From Zootoca vivipara (taxonomy: Eukaryota), in NCBI RefSeq assembly GCF_963506605.1, contig NC_083281.1, positions 38,874,001 to 38,938,000 of the forward strand: a DNA stretch of 64,000 nucleotides, read 5' to 3'. The notes under the pieces were generated by a model. That model did no database searches. It saw only the letters and a list, made by a program, of their open reading frames with translations, and was not told the origin of the DNA. The translations under genes and the position numbers were made by a program. Shown in pieces: positions 23,750 to 38,923 of this stretch; the stretch's first letter is position 1; every line of letters begins with the position of its first letter.

Positions 23750-25260
23750 AGGCAGCAGCGACCCTCGGCTTTAAATCAAGCTCTCTGCACATGCTTAGGG
23801 ACACCCTCGCCCGTTCAAAGGTGCCAGGCCCTTTTCAAGCCGCCTATTTACTTGCAGCCCTCTGCTCAGCAAAACAGCGCCCTCATCTTTCACCCAACTC
23901 TGTCGCGACTGTGTCGCGTTTGCGCCGCCGGTTCGATTCCCGGGGCCAGCGGTGGGTGGGAAAGAAGAGAACGAAAACCCCCATTTTTGGTGGCTGCGTT
24001 TCCTCCCCTCCCCGTTTCCAGTGTTTATTCCCCTCCCCCTCCCCCCGCCCCAGCTACCAGTAGCCGAAGATAGGGAAGGAGAGAGCGAGAGAAGCCAGAG
24101 CTATGGCGCTGCTCTTTTCCGCCATCCGCGTGCTTCTGGGCCTTTTCTTTTCCGTCAGCGGGGTCGTCAAGCTGACTGATCGGATTTCAGACGAAGTTTA
24201 CGAGCAGCTGGTGAGCGGCGAATCGGGGTGTACTGGGGAAGAGAAAACGGTTTTGTTTTGTGTGCGTGGGGGGAAGAAGGGGAAGTGTGCAGAGGAGCCC
24301 TCCTCCGCTTTGCTTTGCAATTCGTTGCAACAGGGTGTGGGCGAAGCTGCGCAGAGGCTATTAAAAACAAAAAAACCACCCCTCTTTATTCCCCACCGGT
24401 ATTAAATCGTGCAACCGATCCTTCGTGGGTGCTTGCCTCGAATAAAAGCTTATTACTCCCGAGGAAGCGCGCAGCCCACCCGCAGCACGCGTTTACTCGC
24501 AAGGAACCGCCAGTGAGTTCTGCGGAGGGGAGGGGGATCCCTCGCCAGGCTGATTCCCTGGACACGTTGCTTAAGCAGAGGTAAAACGTCGCGGGGTTTT
24601 ACGGGAGGGAGGATGCTCCCTCTTCACTAAGTGCACGGATTTTCTTACGAGTATACGTGCCAGATTTGCACGGTCGCTTATACTCGGAAGTACGTCGCCT
24701 ATTGGATCCATCAGGGCTTACTCCCAGGCAAGTGTGCAAAGGATCACAGCCTCAATTTGCAATCCCGTGCACTTTACTTGGGAGCAAGCCCCCTCCCACC
24801 CGTGAACAAAGTGGTGCATACTTCCGAATGCACTTGCACAGGATCAGGTTGGGCACGCAGAGTATTGCAATCCTGTTAGAGACGACAGACAGTTGCTTAT
24901 CGTTTTTGCACAGTGCCCGCCCAATAATAATGCTTCTGCAACTCTTAATCCCGCCTGTCGGATTTGATATAAATGCGCGCGCGGTGTGGACGGGCTTTTA
25001 ACAGTTTTGGAGCGGTCTTAGACTCCGTATTGTGTCAGAGCTAAATCTGTGATTTGGGGATTACTTGTTGGCTATTTTGCTATCGCAGAACCCCATATAA
25101 TTCGAGTAGGGTTATGAATCGGTTTTTGCCCAAATCTGACATCTCCGCCCTCTCCTGGCTGCCTGCTGAAACAGTTTTTTGTTTTGGCGCGAATCGGGTT
25201 GAGGTTTGAATTTTGTGAGCCTTTTCTGTTTCACTAGTCGAGTTTGGCGGGAATTCAACA
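23750..25260. promoter_or_regulatory. TMEM35B: CpG island/promoter of TMEM35B (boundaries approximate)
   Basis: Abrupt rise in CpG density spanning exon 1, against CpG-depleted flanks. Confidence 0.8.
24103..24210 (+). CDS. TMEM35B: TMEM35B (ZMYM6NB) coding exon 1
   Basis: gctATGG start; MALLFSAIRVLLGLFFSVSGVVKLTDRISDEVYEQL; CTG|gtgagc donor; resembles the TMEM35/DoxX-like N-terminus. Confidence 0.9.
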
Positions 25261-25282
25261 GAAAAGAAGAAAACTAGCCAGT

Positions 25283-29064
<3,782 letters not shown>

Positions 29065-29084
29065 TAGAGGGGGTCTGCTGGAAT

Positions 29085-29270
29085 GTAGGAAGCTGCCTTA
29101 TACAGAGTCAGACCAATGGCCCATCTAGCTCAGTATTTCCTGCACTGACTGGCAGCCACTCTCCAGAGTTCAGGCAGGAGTCTTTTCCCAGTGCTCCCTG
29201 GACATCCCAGGGACTGAACCTGGGACCTTTTGTGCGCAAAGCAGATGCTCTGCCACTGAAGTACAACTGT
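29085..29270 (-). mobile_element. tRNA-derived SINE; related copies near 32820-32950(-), 39950-40135(-), 51060-51240(+), 59780-59930(+)
   Basis: Minus strand shows a B-box-like GGTTCAGTCCC and the ...GACTCTGTATAAGGCAGCTTCCT tail shared by several copies; boundaries approximate. Confidence 0.6.
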
Positions 29271-30722
29271 TCTTCATGAGCTGAAGTCTGGCTGAAGGTC
29301 CTAGTTCTTGAGTGTTTCTGATCTCAACTACAGATGAGGCTGTATTGGGGCTGCAAGCAACAGGAATGGGGAACCTGTGACCCTATGGATGCTGTTGGAC
29401 TGCAACTCCCATTGGCCATGCTGGCTGGGGTTAATGGGCTTTGGAGTCTGCCACCAACATCTGGAGGGCCTAAGCATTATTCTCTGGCTTTAGTAAAAAC
29501 AGATCTCAGTTCAGCAGGTTGAACTGTGTTACAGAAGCACAGAAGTCTGCATTTTTCTCACATAGCTTCAAAACCAAAGAAATCCCCCTTATTACTTGAG
29601 TTTGAGCTCTGTCCTACCTCATAAAATTGTTTCTAAGGTATTCAGTTGATTGATCTTGCTTGGGAAACGGTGCTGCCTCAGTGCAGAGATGCTTGCTTTT
29701 CGTCTGCTCAACCTGTATTTTTTTTTTAAAGAAATACATTTTGCTCTCCTCACAAGGAAACTGGCCTGTAATGTAGCTCTTAAGTTCCCATTATTTACAT
29801 GTTGATGTTTTATTTGGTTACAAATAGTAAACGTGACTCTGTTAAAACCTGCCCAACTTCTGCGCATGACAAAGTGTGAGTCTGTTTGTGCATGTTCCAG
29901 TAGGGGGCACCAGAAGCTATTTAGTTATCCATGTTGCTTGCTAATTAAGCCACTGCTTTGCAAAAGTTCCTCACATCAACTGGGAAGTTCTGTTTTTATT
30001 CAAAACCCTGACCTTAATTAATGCTACACACGATCGTCTTCATGATGAGACCAGCTGCCTGGAACCTTTTTAAAAATTATTATTACAGATGTACCATTTT
30101 TCTAGTTTTGGGTAATTGACTACTGATATAATCACTCCTGGCTCCCTTAAAGCTGCATTTGGATTTTATCAGGCCCCTGAGTTCCTCTGGGTAAAACTGA
30201 CCGGAGGAGCAGGAGATCTAGTCAGAGGGTGGTGGTGGTGAAGGGATAGCTGGACAGCAACTGGGTGAAGCTGTTTTGTATATCAGGACTGGCAAACAGG
30301 CTGATGCTGCTCAGAAGGATACCTTTTTCCTCTACACATCAGCATCATTGTGTGTATGATGTTTTGCAGAGTTTCATGTGCCTGAAAAAGCAGCGTCCTG
30401 ATCCAGGGAATAAACAGCCTTAACACCACAATCCTATGCATATTTGCATATAAGTCCCAGGGAAGGTTTAATAGGCTTACTTCCAATTAAGTGTGCATAG
30501 ACTTAGGAGCTGAAGGTACTTCTAAAGTTTTCTAAAGCAGAAAAAGTAGGATCCCTGCTTTATAAGGGATGTCAGGAGACTGCATTATCTAGCTGTCTTC
30601 AATATTTTTTCTAAAAAACTGCTTCTACAGTGGGTCTCTCTTTACTCTTGTTGATTTATTTTTATGCATCTTAATTTTTGGTTGAAATTTGGCATGATGA
30701 AGAGAGAGAGAGATGTCTAGGC

Positions 30723-31187
30723 CATAGCTGCCAGGTCTCCTGTTTTTTGTGGGAAACCCCCGTATTTTAAACTGGCAGCCCGGAGTGGAAAAAAATCCCG
30801 TAAATCCCCCGGATTTCCTACCTGCCAGGGAGGCTCCATTTTGGGTGCTGTCACTGCCCGATTTCCGGTGCCCATACATGGGTAGCGTGGCACTGGAAGT
30901 CGCTTCTACGCATGTCTGGATATGCATAGAAGCGACTTCCGATGCTGCTTTGCCCATGCCTGGGCACTGAAAATCGGGCAGAGCGGCACCGGAAGTTGCT
31001 TCTACACATGTCCAGACATGCATAGAAGCAACGTCCGGTGCTGCGCTACCCATGCCCGGGCACCGGAAATTGGGCGGTGCCGGCACCAGAAGTTGCTTCT
31101 ACGCATGTACAGACATGCGCAGAAGCGACTTCCGGTGCCACGTCGTTGCTGATCTCGCATTTTTCAGCAGGAGACTTGGCAGCTATG
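30723..31187. mobile_element. hAT-like non-autonomous element with internal palindromic repeats
   Basis: TIR CATAGCTGCCAGGTCTCCTG/CAGGAGACTTGGCAGCTATG; near-perfect 8-bp TSD GTCTAGGC/GCCTAGGC. Confidence 0.8.
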
Positions 31188-31532
31188 GCCTAGGCAGGAG
31201 GTATTCCTGCCATGGCAGACTAAGTGATTTCACAGAGTTCTCTCTAGCAAATTTTACAGGGAAGCTATGTAAGCCCTTAGTCCCTTCATGCACCTATCTG
31301 GCAAAACATGAATGGGTTTCACTGCAATAATGTCCCATTAGATTAATGGATCTAAGTTTATGATGCCCATTAATTTCAGGGGGTCTACTCCCAAGTATCA
31401 CTAACATGTACAAAAACAGGTGCAAGTCGAGGCTAGAGATTGCCGTGGGGTGGAGAGTCGTTTGGGCAATGAATCTCCTGGTCTTTTTGCAATTAATTTT
31501 TTAAAAATATTTTCCTCTTTGTCTCTTTGCAG

Positions 31533-31663
31533 GTGCCATCTACAGCCTCTTGGTTTTGAAGGAGCCCATTGCCATGTGTGCCCCGGCCACTATCTCCCTG
31601 GGTCTTCTGCTTCTCCTCAATATCCGGGGAAGAGGGAGACCCACCAAGTCAAAGTTTGAGTGA
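31533..31663 (+). CDS. TMEM35B: TMEM35B coding exon 3 (139-aa protein in total)
   Basis: ctttgcag|GT; GAIYSLLVLKEPIAMCAPATISLGLLLLLNIRGRGRPTKSKFE* (TGA 31661-31663); 108+181+131=420 nt in frame. Confidence 0.92.
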
Positions 31664-32182
31664 GGGGCTATCGAACTGGAGAGGACAGAAGGGGAGAGTT
31701 TGGAAATGGCAGCAAATCTCTTGTTGGCCCTTTTTTGTCTGTGTGCTTTCTACCCCTCCTCCCCTTGCTCGGTCCTTTTTAACTTGGTATAAACTGGGTC
31801 CTGTGGGTGTATGATCCAGGGGGTATTTGTGACCTTGAAATCACCATAGATCAGGGGGAGGAAGCCCCCTTTCAGCCCAGGGGCCACATTCCCTCCTGGG
31901 TGCCTTTCTGAGGGCCACATGCCAGCGGTGAGCAAGGGACCACAGGCAAAAACGGGCACAGCAACAAATGAAGTTTTTACCTTTGCACTGCAGGTTAATT
32001 TCTACACGCACTCGCAATCCCTTCTTTACCCTCCATCCAGACAAGCCAGAGACAATTGTCAGAGTTAAGGGACATATTTCAATCAGGCAAAAATGGGTGT
32101 GAAGCAGAGCCAATGAGGGCTGGGCTGGGCTGGGGGCACAACCAGCAGAGTCCTAAGAGCCAGATAGAGATGCATAGGGGCG

Positions 32183-32412
32183 GGGAACCAGTGTGGTGTA
32201 GTGGTTAAGAGCGATAGGCTTGTAATCTGGGGAACCGGGTTCGCGTCTCCGCTCCTCCACATGCAGCTGCTGGGTGACCTTGGGCTAGTCACACTTCTTT
32301 GCAGTCTCTCAGCCTCACTCACCTCACAGAGTGTTTGTTGTGGGGGAGGAAGGGAAAGGAGAATGTTAGCCGCTCCTTCAGGTAGTGATAAAGCGGTATA
32401 TCAAATCCAAAC
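32183..32412 (+). mobile_element. tRNA-derived SINE
   Basis: A box TGGTGTAGTGG, B box GGTTCGCGTCT, CORE-like GGTGACCTTGGGCTAGTCAC segment and ...AAAGCGGTATATCAAAT tail. Confidence 0.7.
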
Positions 32413-35400
32413 CCCTCCTCTTCTTCCTGCTGTAAATCGATGGCAGCTAGACTTTGGGTCTTTATCAGTTTCCTGTTCACCAGTGTTCTTTCCCATCTTA
32501 GGCCTGGCGTAAGTGCTAAATTAGCCAGGTGCTGCCTTAATCTATGAATTTCATAGCTTGGGGAAGTGGAGGAAGGAAATGGAGGGGTGTGTGTGAAATA
32601 AGTTTTGGGTAATCCTTGGGAGAAAATAGAAGCACACTTTAAAAAGAAAAATTACCTGGCACAGGACAGTCCCTTTTGTGGCCCAGGGCAAACCATTTCT
32701 GTGGGGTTCATTGAGTGGCACTGAAGGATTTTGTTGGCTACTATGTGAGAGAAGCAGCTGCCCCTACCACTGATCTGTGCTCTGTCCACTAAGATACAGC
32801 TGCTTTCCTTTAAAAATCAAATCATTGGTCCGTCTATCTCAGTATTGTCTACACTGACTTGCAGTGGCTTTCAAGGATTTCAGGCAGGGCATTCCCAGCC
32901 AGGAATTGAACCTGGGACCTTCCTGCATCCCAGGCAGAGCCGCAGTCTTTCCCCCAGTATTTGCCTGTTGGGAGAGTTTCTCAGCAAGCCTGCCTCTGGA
33001 AAGGGTGACAAATACTTTCCTGCACTTATATACTCTTTGGCATTCACAATGAATGTGGGGTGGGGAGGAAGTTCGCCAGAAAAGGAAAAGCTCTCTCCCT
33101 GCTGTGGACCTGTTAAGGTCCCACCATCTCCCCTCTCCACCTGAGATGGCCACCAGAGGCTCTTATGCAGGAGATCTTTCCCTCAGGGCAGGAATACGGG
33201 GACCAGCTGAGGCTCTCCAGCTGCAATCCCCTTCACCCCAGTCCCTTTGCCATGCTGGCTGGGGCTGATGGGAGTTGAAGGCTAGAAGACACCTGTAGTG
33301 TCACAGGTTCCCGCCCCTGTTCTAGAGATCAGGCATGAAATGAGCAGAGGTTGGACTTTTACTGTGGTTGCTTTCTGATTATCAAAGTCCTTTACTAGAC
33401 AGGTGCACCAGGCACTGTTACCTAAGAACCAGCCAAAGTCCATCTTGTTTCAGTCATTATATATTTTCTGGTGCTGGCTTTACTGATCCGTTTTGACAAT
33501 GTTTTTCTGTTCCTTTTGACTCCTCTTGGTGATTAAAGTGTTGACTGATTTTTAAAACGTTTCAATTTTTTCTTTGTTTCGAGGGATGCCATCAGAGGTT
33601 CTGATAGCCAGTGTTAGAGGAAGGGGGCAGAGTCTTTATAAAAGTAAATAAATAAAACAGCCGGTTCTCAGCAGGCAAGATAAAAACACATCACGAATCT
33701 TGTCTGGCCTGAGAAAGAGCATCACCCTAACGTTGTGCTTTACTCTAGGAACTTAACAAGAGCTGAGCTGGGGGTGGAGGGAAGGCTGAAGAGGAGACAC
33801 ACCTGCCCCCAGTGAAGCTGGGCAGACGAGATGGAAATGGATCAAATGAATGTTTCCCCACTGCTTTATCTCCATGCCAGGAAAGCCATTGCCTATTCAC
33901 GTCCTCTGTGTTAAACTCTATATGTTAAAGGCACAGGCACTGAGCCAGTTCAAAACATTGGCAGCCCTTCAAATAGGAGTCCAAAGTGAAGGTAGTCATG
34001 GAGTCCAAATAAGAGACCCTTGCTACCTCTTTTATCCAAGTGGTCTGTGGGTGGGCTGGGCAGGTCATCCCAACAGTTGGGCTGTGCGGGAAGCACACCA
34101 AATCATTTTGGATAAGCAGCTGGCATTTTTGTTTGCTCGCTTGCTTTGAAGCAGCAAAGGGTGAGTGACGCAGTTGTGCTTTGTTCGCAAACGTGCCCAA
34201 TTCCTTAAAAAGAAGAAGGAGCCTGTCTGTCTCACCATGGCAGTGAGAGGCAGGTACCCTGCACTTGCCCTCAGGCAGCTTTCTTCTGAAAAAGGTCACA
34301 CACTGTGAGACTGAGCTTCAGGCACCAACCTCTCGAGCTGGTCCTGCTTCCATGTAGGATAAAATTGATATTTTTAACGTGTGCAACAGGTGTGATGGGC
34401 TCCTCCAGAGATGAGGCCAATTTGCACGTTCCTCTGTTGCTGGGTGACAAAGCAAGGCTCTTGGCAGAGGCCTTTCTTGCCTTGTCTAGATTTCCCTGCT
34501 ATTTCTCAAGGAGGCCTACTTTGTTCTGCTTTTGATAGGGAAACTTGACAGTCTAAGAGAGCTTTCTTACGGATTTCTGACAAACCTGTTTTAGCCTCCC
34601 CCCCCCCTTGAGGAGAAAGCCACAAAGCCAAATCCCACATTCCAGTGCCGGTCTAGTCCTTTTTGCCTATAGAAGGAATACAAATATATAATATCAGGAC
34701 TGATCTTAGAATAATTCATTTGTGAAGTGTGGAAAGTTAATATTTTCATTGCAAAAATGCATATGCTTGGTAAAACTGCATATGAACATATATATTAGGA
34801 GAAATTCTCACTGAAATATTGGTGAATTTTCATGAGATCTATATCTACCTACATACCCACTCACCTACCATCTATCTGCAGCAGAAATGTGGAGAACTGA
34901 ATTTAAATTTGGAAAAATGAGAAATGGAGAGAGCCGTGTTTGATATATGCCTCTCCCCCATTACACACACCAGCAGTTTTGTGTGTGTGTATTGCTGGAA
35001 ATGATTGTTACTGTGGGTGAAGGAAGAAGAATACCCCTTTTCCTTCTCTCTGCTCTTCCTTAGTGCATTCCTAGGCTCCTTCAGTCCTCTCCAGAACATC
35101 CTGATTTGCTAGCACAAAGCTCACATGGTTGGGGAATGTTTACATGCCTTCCTGTTAATCTTTTGCTTATCTCACACTTCCCAATACATTTCCCTTTCAC
35201 TTCTTAGCTGCAAAAAGTCCAGTTAAAAAATAATAAACAGTTTGATTGGTTACTAGGGGAATGGGTGGTGGGGTGGGTTTTAATTCACTAAAGTTCTTGG
35301 TTTGGAACCCTGCAAAAGAGTGGCAGTCTGGAGGCCTGCTCAGAGTGGTTTTGCTGTTTGAAAAGTATAAAATTCCTTTTTCTCTGTAGTTTTCTTCCTG

Positions 35401-35845
35401 TACTCTTATACAGAAATCAAGATGAGGAAGTAAAAGAAACCAGAATGATTGTTACTGCTATTCATTAATTATAAACGGCTTACATGCTAAAATGGCTTCT
35501 AAGTGTTTTATAAAAAATGATTTATAAAATTCATACATAATTAAAATACACTGTAAAACAATTACACTAAATCACAATTAAAGTATACATTAAAACAAAG
35601 CAATTAAAAAGTTCTAACAGTAAAAACAATCAGATGAGGAAGTTCAAGTTCAGGGGAATGCTTCCCAAAATAGATGTATTTTCAAGAGCCGGTGGCATGC
35701 CAATACTGGTTGTGCTTTATATTTCAGCTGCTTTAGGGAATTGCACAATACCGGTGCCATCAATGAAAAATCCTGGCTCCATATTACCTTTGGTGCCAGC
35801 ACTAAAATTGTCCATTGAAATAGATGACTCTATTGTGAGCACTAG

Positions 35846-36200
35846 GGGCGCGGGTGGCGCTGTGGGTTAAACCACAGAGCCTAGGGCTTGCCAATCAGAA
35901 GGTCAGCGGTTCGAATCCCCGTGACGGGGTGAGCTCCTGTTGCTCGGTCCCAGCTCCTGCCAACCTAGCAGTTTGAAAGCACCTCAAAGTGCAAGTTGAT
36001 AAATAGGTACTGCTACAGCGGGAAGGTAAACAGCGTTTCTGTGTGCTGCTCTGGTTTGCCAGAAGCGGCTTTTTCATGCTGGCCACATGACCTGGAAGCT
36101 GTACGCCGGCTCCCTCGGCCAATAGAGTGAGATGAGCTCCACAACCCCAGTGTCGGTCATGCCTGGACCTAATGGTCAGGGGTCCCTTTACCTTTACCTT
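35846..36200 (+). mobile_element. Full-length Sauria SINE
   Basis: GGTGGCGCTGTGGG head, GGTTCGAATCCC B box, (ACCTTT)n tail; perfect 15-bp TSD TATTGTGAGCACTAG at 35831-35845 and 36201-36215. Confidence 0.92.
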
Positions 36201-36749
36201 TATTGTGAGCACTAGATTGTTTGGAATCCACTAAAACAGATGGTAAAAGAGCCCATTGGTAGTAACTTGCAAAACGAAACAATGCAGTCATACTTCATTT
36301 ACTTAAAACTTTTGTACTTTGTCTTTCCTTATAAAAAGCACAAGGTGGCTAGCAGCATTATCAAATCATAAATCAACAGTTGAAAATGTCAGGAGGAGCT
36401 TGCAAGCCTATATCCAGTTTCCTGGGAGTAAACCCCATTGAATTCGATGAGAGCTACTTCTGAGCAGACATGGGTGTGCATTGTAAAAACAAGCAGTGAA
36501 AGGTGCTCCGAATAGGCAGAGATGGTTAAAACCGATAAAAGCACCACCGAAATCATTTAAAAGATTCTGCAAAGCCATGTAAGAGGAGCTGTATTTTCCC
36601 GTGAGCTGTAGAGCAGCCACCTGGCTAGCTTGTGGTCATCCAGATATTGCTGGACTCTGAGCTTCCCGTCATCTCTCACCACTGACTGTACTTGCTACTT
36701 AACAACAATTCTCAAGATCACTTACAATGACCAAATGAGACAGCAATAC

Positions 36750-37085
36750 GTCTCCACCCCCATCGTTCTGCCCGGACACCGAGGTCCAGTACCAAGGGCC
36801 TTCTGGCGGTTCCCTCCTTGCGAGAAGCCAAGTTGCAGGGAACCAGGCAGAGGGCCTTCTCGGTGGTGGCGCCCGCCCTGTGGAACACCCTCCCATCAGA
36901 TGTCAAAGAGAAAAACAGCTACCAGATTTTTAGAAGACATCTGAAGGCAGCCCTGTTTAGGGATGCTTTTAATGTTTAATCGATTATTTTATTTTATTTT
37001 TCTGTTGGAAGCCGCCCAGAGTGGCTGGGGAAACCCAGCCAGGTGGGTGGGGTATAAATAATAAATTGTTGTTGTTGTTGTTGTT
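36750..37085 (+). mobile_element. L2-clade LINE 3' end
   Basis: Translates RAFSVVAPALWNTLP (L2 ORF2 end), followed by the 3' stem region GCCGCCCAGAGTGGCTGGG...GGGGTATAAAT and a microsatellite tail. Confidence 0.7.
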
Positions 37086-38046
37086 GAAAACATTGGGTGA
37101 TAGACCATGGAATCAGAGTAGACCCATTGAAATTAATGGATCTGTTACTTAAGTCAATTTGAGTGGGTCTACTCTGAGAATGACTAACCTTGGCTATCCT
37201 CTGTTTTATACAAGCAGATCACAATAGAGAAGGGACTTTGAGCCGTAAATGATAGTTGCACCAGTTATACCCAATCCTGGTTAAGGACAATTAAAAACAG
37301 AGTTTTGGAATTTTAAAAGGGGTTTGCTTCCTGTCCAGACATAAGCCATGATGGGGCCCTTTCCTCATTTTTGGCACCACAACTTCCAAATGGATGTTGA
37401 GCAGGCATGTACTTAATAGTGAATGTAAGAATTTGCACAAACTTGCCTACATTCCCCACTCCTCGCTGCCTTTTGCCTTTATTTCTAGGTTTATTGGAAG
37501 GTGATGGTACAGAACAGTGCTTTAACCCATCTTGCTGACTGAAGCTGCTAAATTCAGACTTTTTAAAAATTATATCTTCTGAATCCTCCACTGTGTTGCA
37601 AATCAGAACTCACACTTTTTAACGTAAGCATAATTCAGCCTTTTGGTTGTCTTTGATGCTGTGAAGTTTGAATGCCTCTTTGAAAAGGCAAAAAAAGAAG
37701 GGGGAAAAAAGCTCTAACTTTGATCTCTCTCTTTTGTCTCCCTGCTCTCTTCCTTCCACAGCTGTTACATTTGGAAAGTGAACCCCTCCCACCCCCTGCC
37801 TCTCAGGCAGCTTTTATGCCTTTCTTAGTGGGGTGTTCGCTGAGTCTCAAAAGGCTGAGCAAAGTGGCTGCTCAGTTAACTCTGTGCCTGCTGTTTAGTT
37901 AGAATGCCTGGATTGGTGGTGCTGCTGGTTCTAAGATTTGGGAGCCAAGATGCTCCTGCAGGCAAGATGCTCACAGTGCCCCCCCCCCGCAAAAAAAATC
38001 CTTGTTGTGTGCTCAACTCACCATCCTTGCCATAACAACAACAACA

Positions 38047-38923
38047 GTAGAAATTGGAGTTCTTGGTAAAGTCCAGAAGTAAACGAAAAATTACAAGAAC
38101 TCGGGCCAGAAAGGATAATTTCAAAAAATCTTCACAAAGTTTTATTCAGGATAACTTCCAGTAAATATCAACTTCTGTATGTTTGTTTATTTGAATCAAC
38201 ATTGACAGACTCCTTCTCCAACAGGAGTCCAAATTTATTCATCTTTTCAACACTTTACATCCAGGGGGCTTGAACAATAGTCTAGACTTCACATCATTCC
38301 TATAATCGAATTTGTACTTTGTAACAACATTGAACCTAGTTATGTCCATATGCCTTTAAATTATCTCAACACTTTTAGTACGCCTAAATGCAATACTGTC
38401 TCTTTAATTTTGCTGCAACCTCGTTTCCTCTATCATTTAAGTGCTGCAAACAATTTGAGTTAGCAAAGCAAACATACTTGGTACACTTAGACCTGAGAAA
38501 CCTCGGTAAGCTACCTTTGTTTTTTACAAGTATTATAACTCTGTTTGTAGAAAACTACAAGTATTCCTGCAACAAGGATTATTATATTTTGTAAGAGGAT
38601 TTCTTATTTAAGTTTAGACAAGCCTTTTGTACGCTACAAGCAGTCTAAATCTTTATTTAGAAAACAGACTATAAGGTTGAAGTTAGGTTGGTCACTCAAA
38701 GATATATCAGTAATGTTTATTTGAATACAGTCTCTGTCCTTTTTATTTGTTAAAACTTTATATCTAAAGAGTTGAATAATTTCTCATTACAAAGATTTAT
38801 GTTAACTTTTACATTCCAGCTGATGAAGAATCATCGAAACAGGGCCTTGTCCTGATGTTGATACTGATGTTGATATTTACTGGAAGTTATCCTGAATAAA
38901 ACTTTGTGAAGATTTTTTGAAAT
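38047..38923 (+). mobile_element. 5'-truncated Penelope-like retroelement with inverted terminal segment
   Basis: ORF end RLLLQQESKFIHLFNTLHPGGLNNSLDFTSFL* (GIY-YIG C-terminal L-x-T-x-x-P-x-G-L-N motif); 55-bp perfect inverted repeat 38118-38172/38869-38923; (AAC)n on both flanks. Confidence 0.8.
38811..38858 (+). ncRNA. Minimal type I hammerhead ribozyme in the Penelope pLTR
   Basis: Stem I ACAT(TC)CAG, core CUGAUGA 38820-38826, short stem II, GAAA 38836-38839, palindromic stem III CAGGGCCUUG, GUC cleavage triplet 38849-38851, stem I' CUGAUGU. Confidence 0.72.

Noticed and set aside
30890-31138. CRISPR-like repeat-spacer array
   Set aside because: Eukaryotic context, spacers similar to each other, no cas genes, and enclosed by transposon TIRs and a TSD
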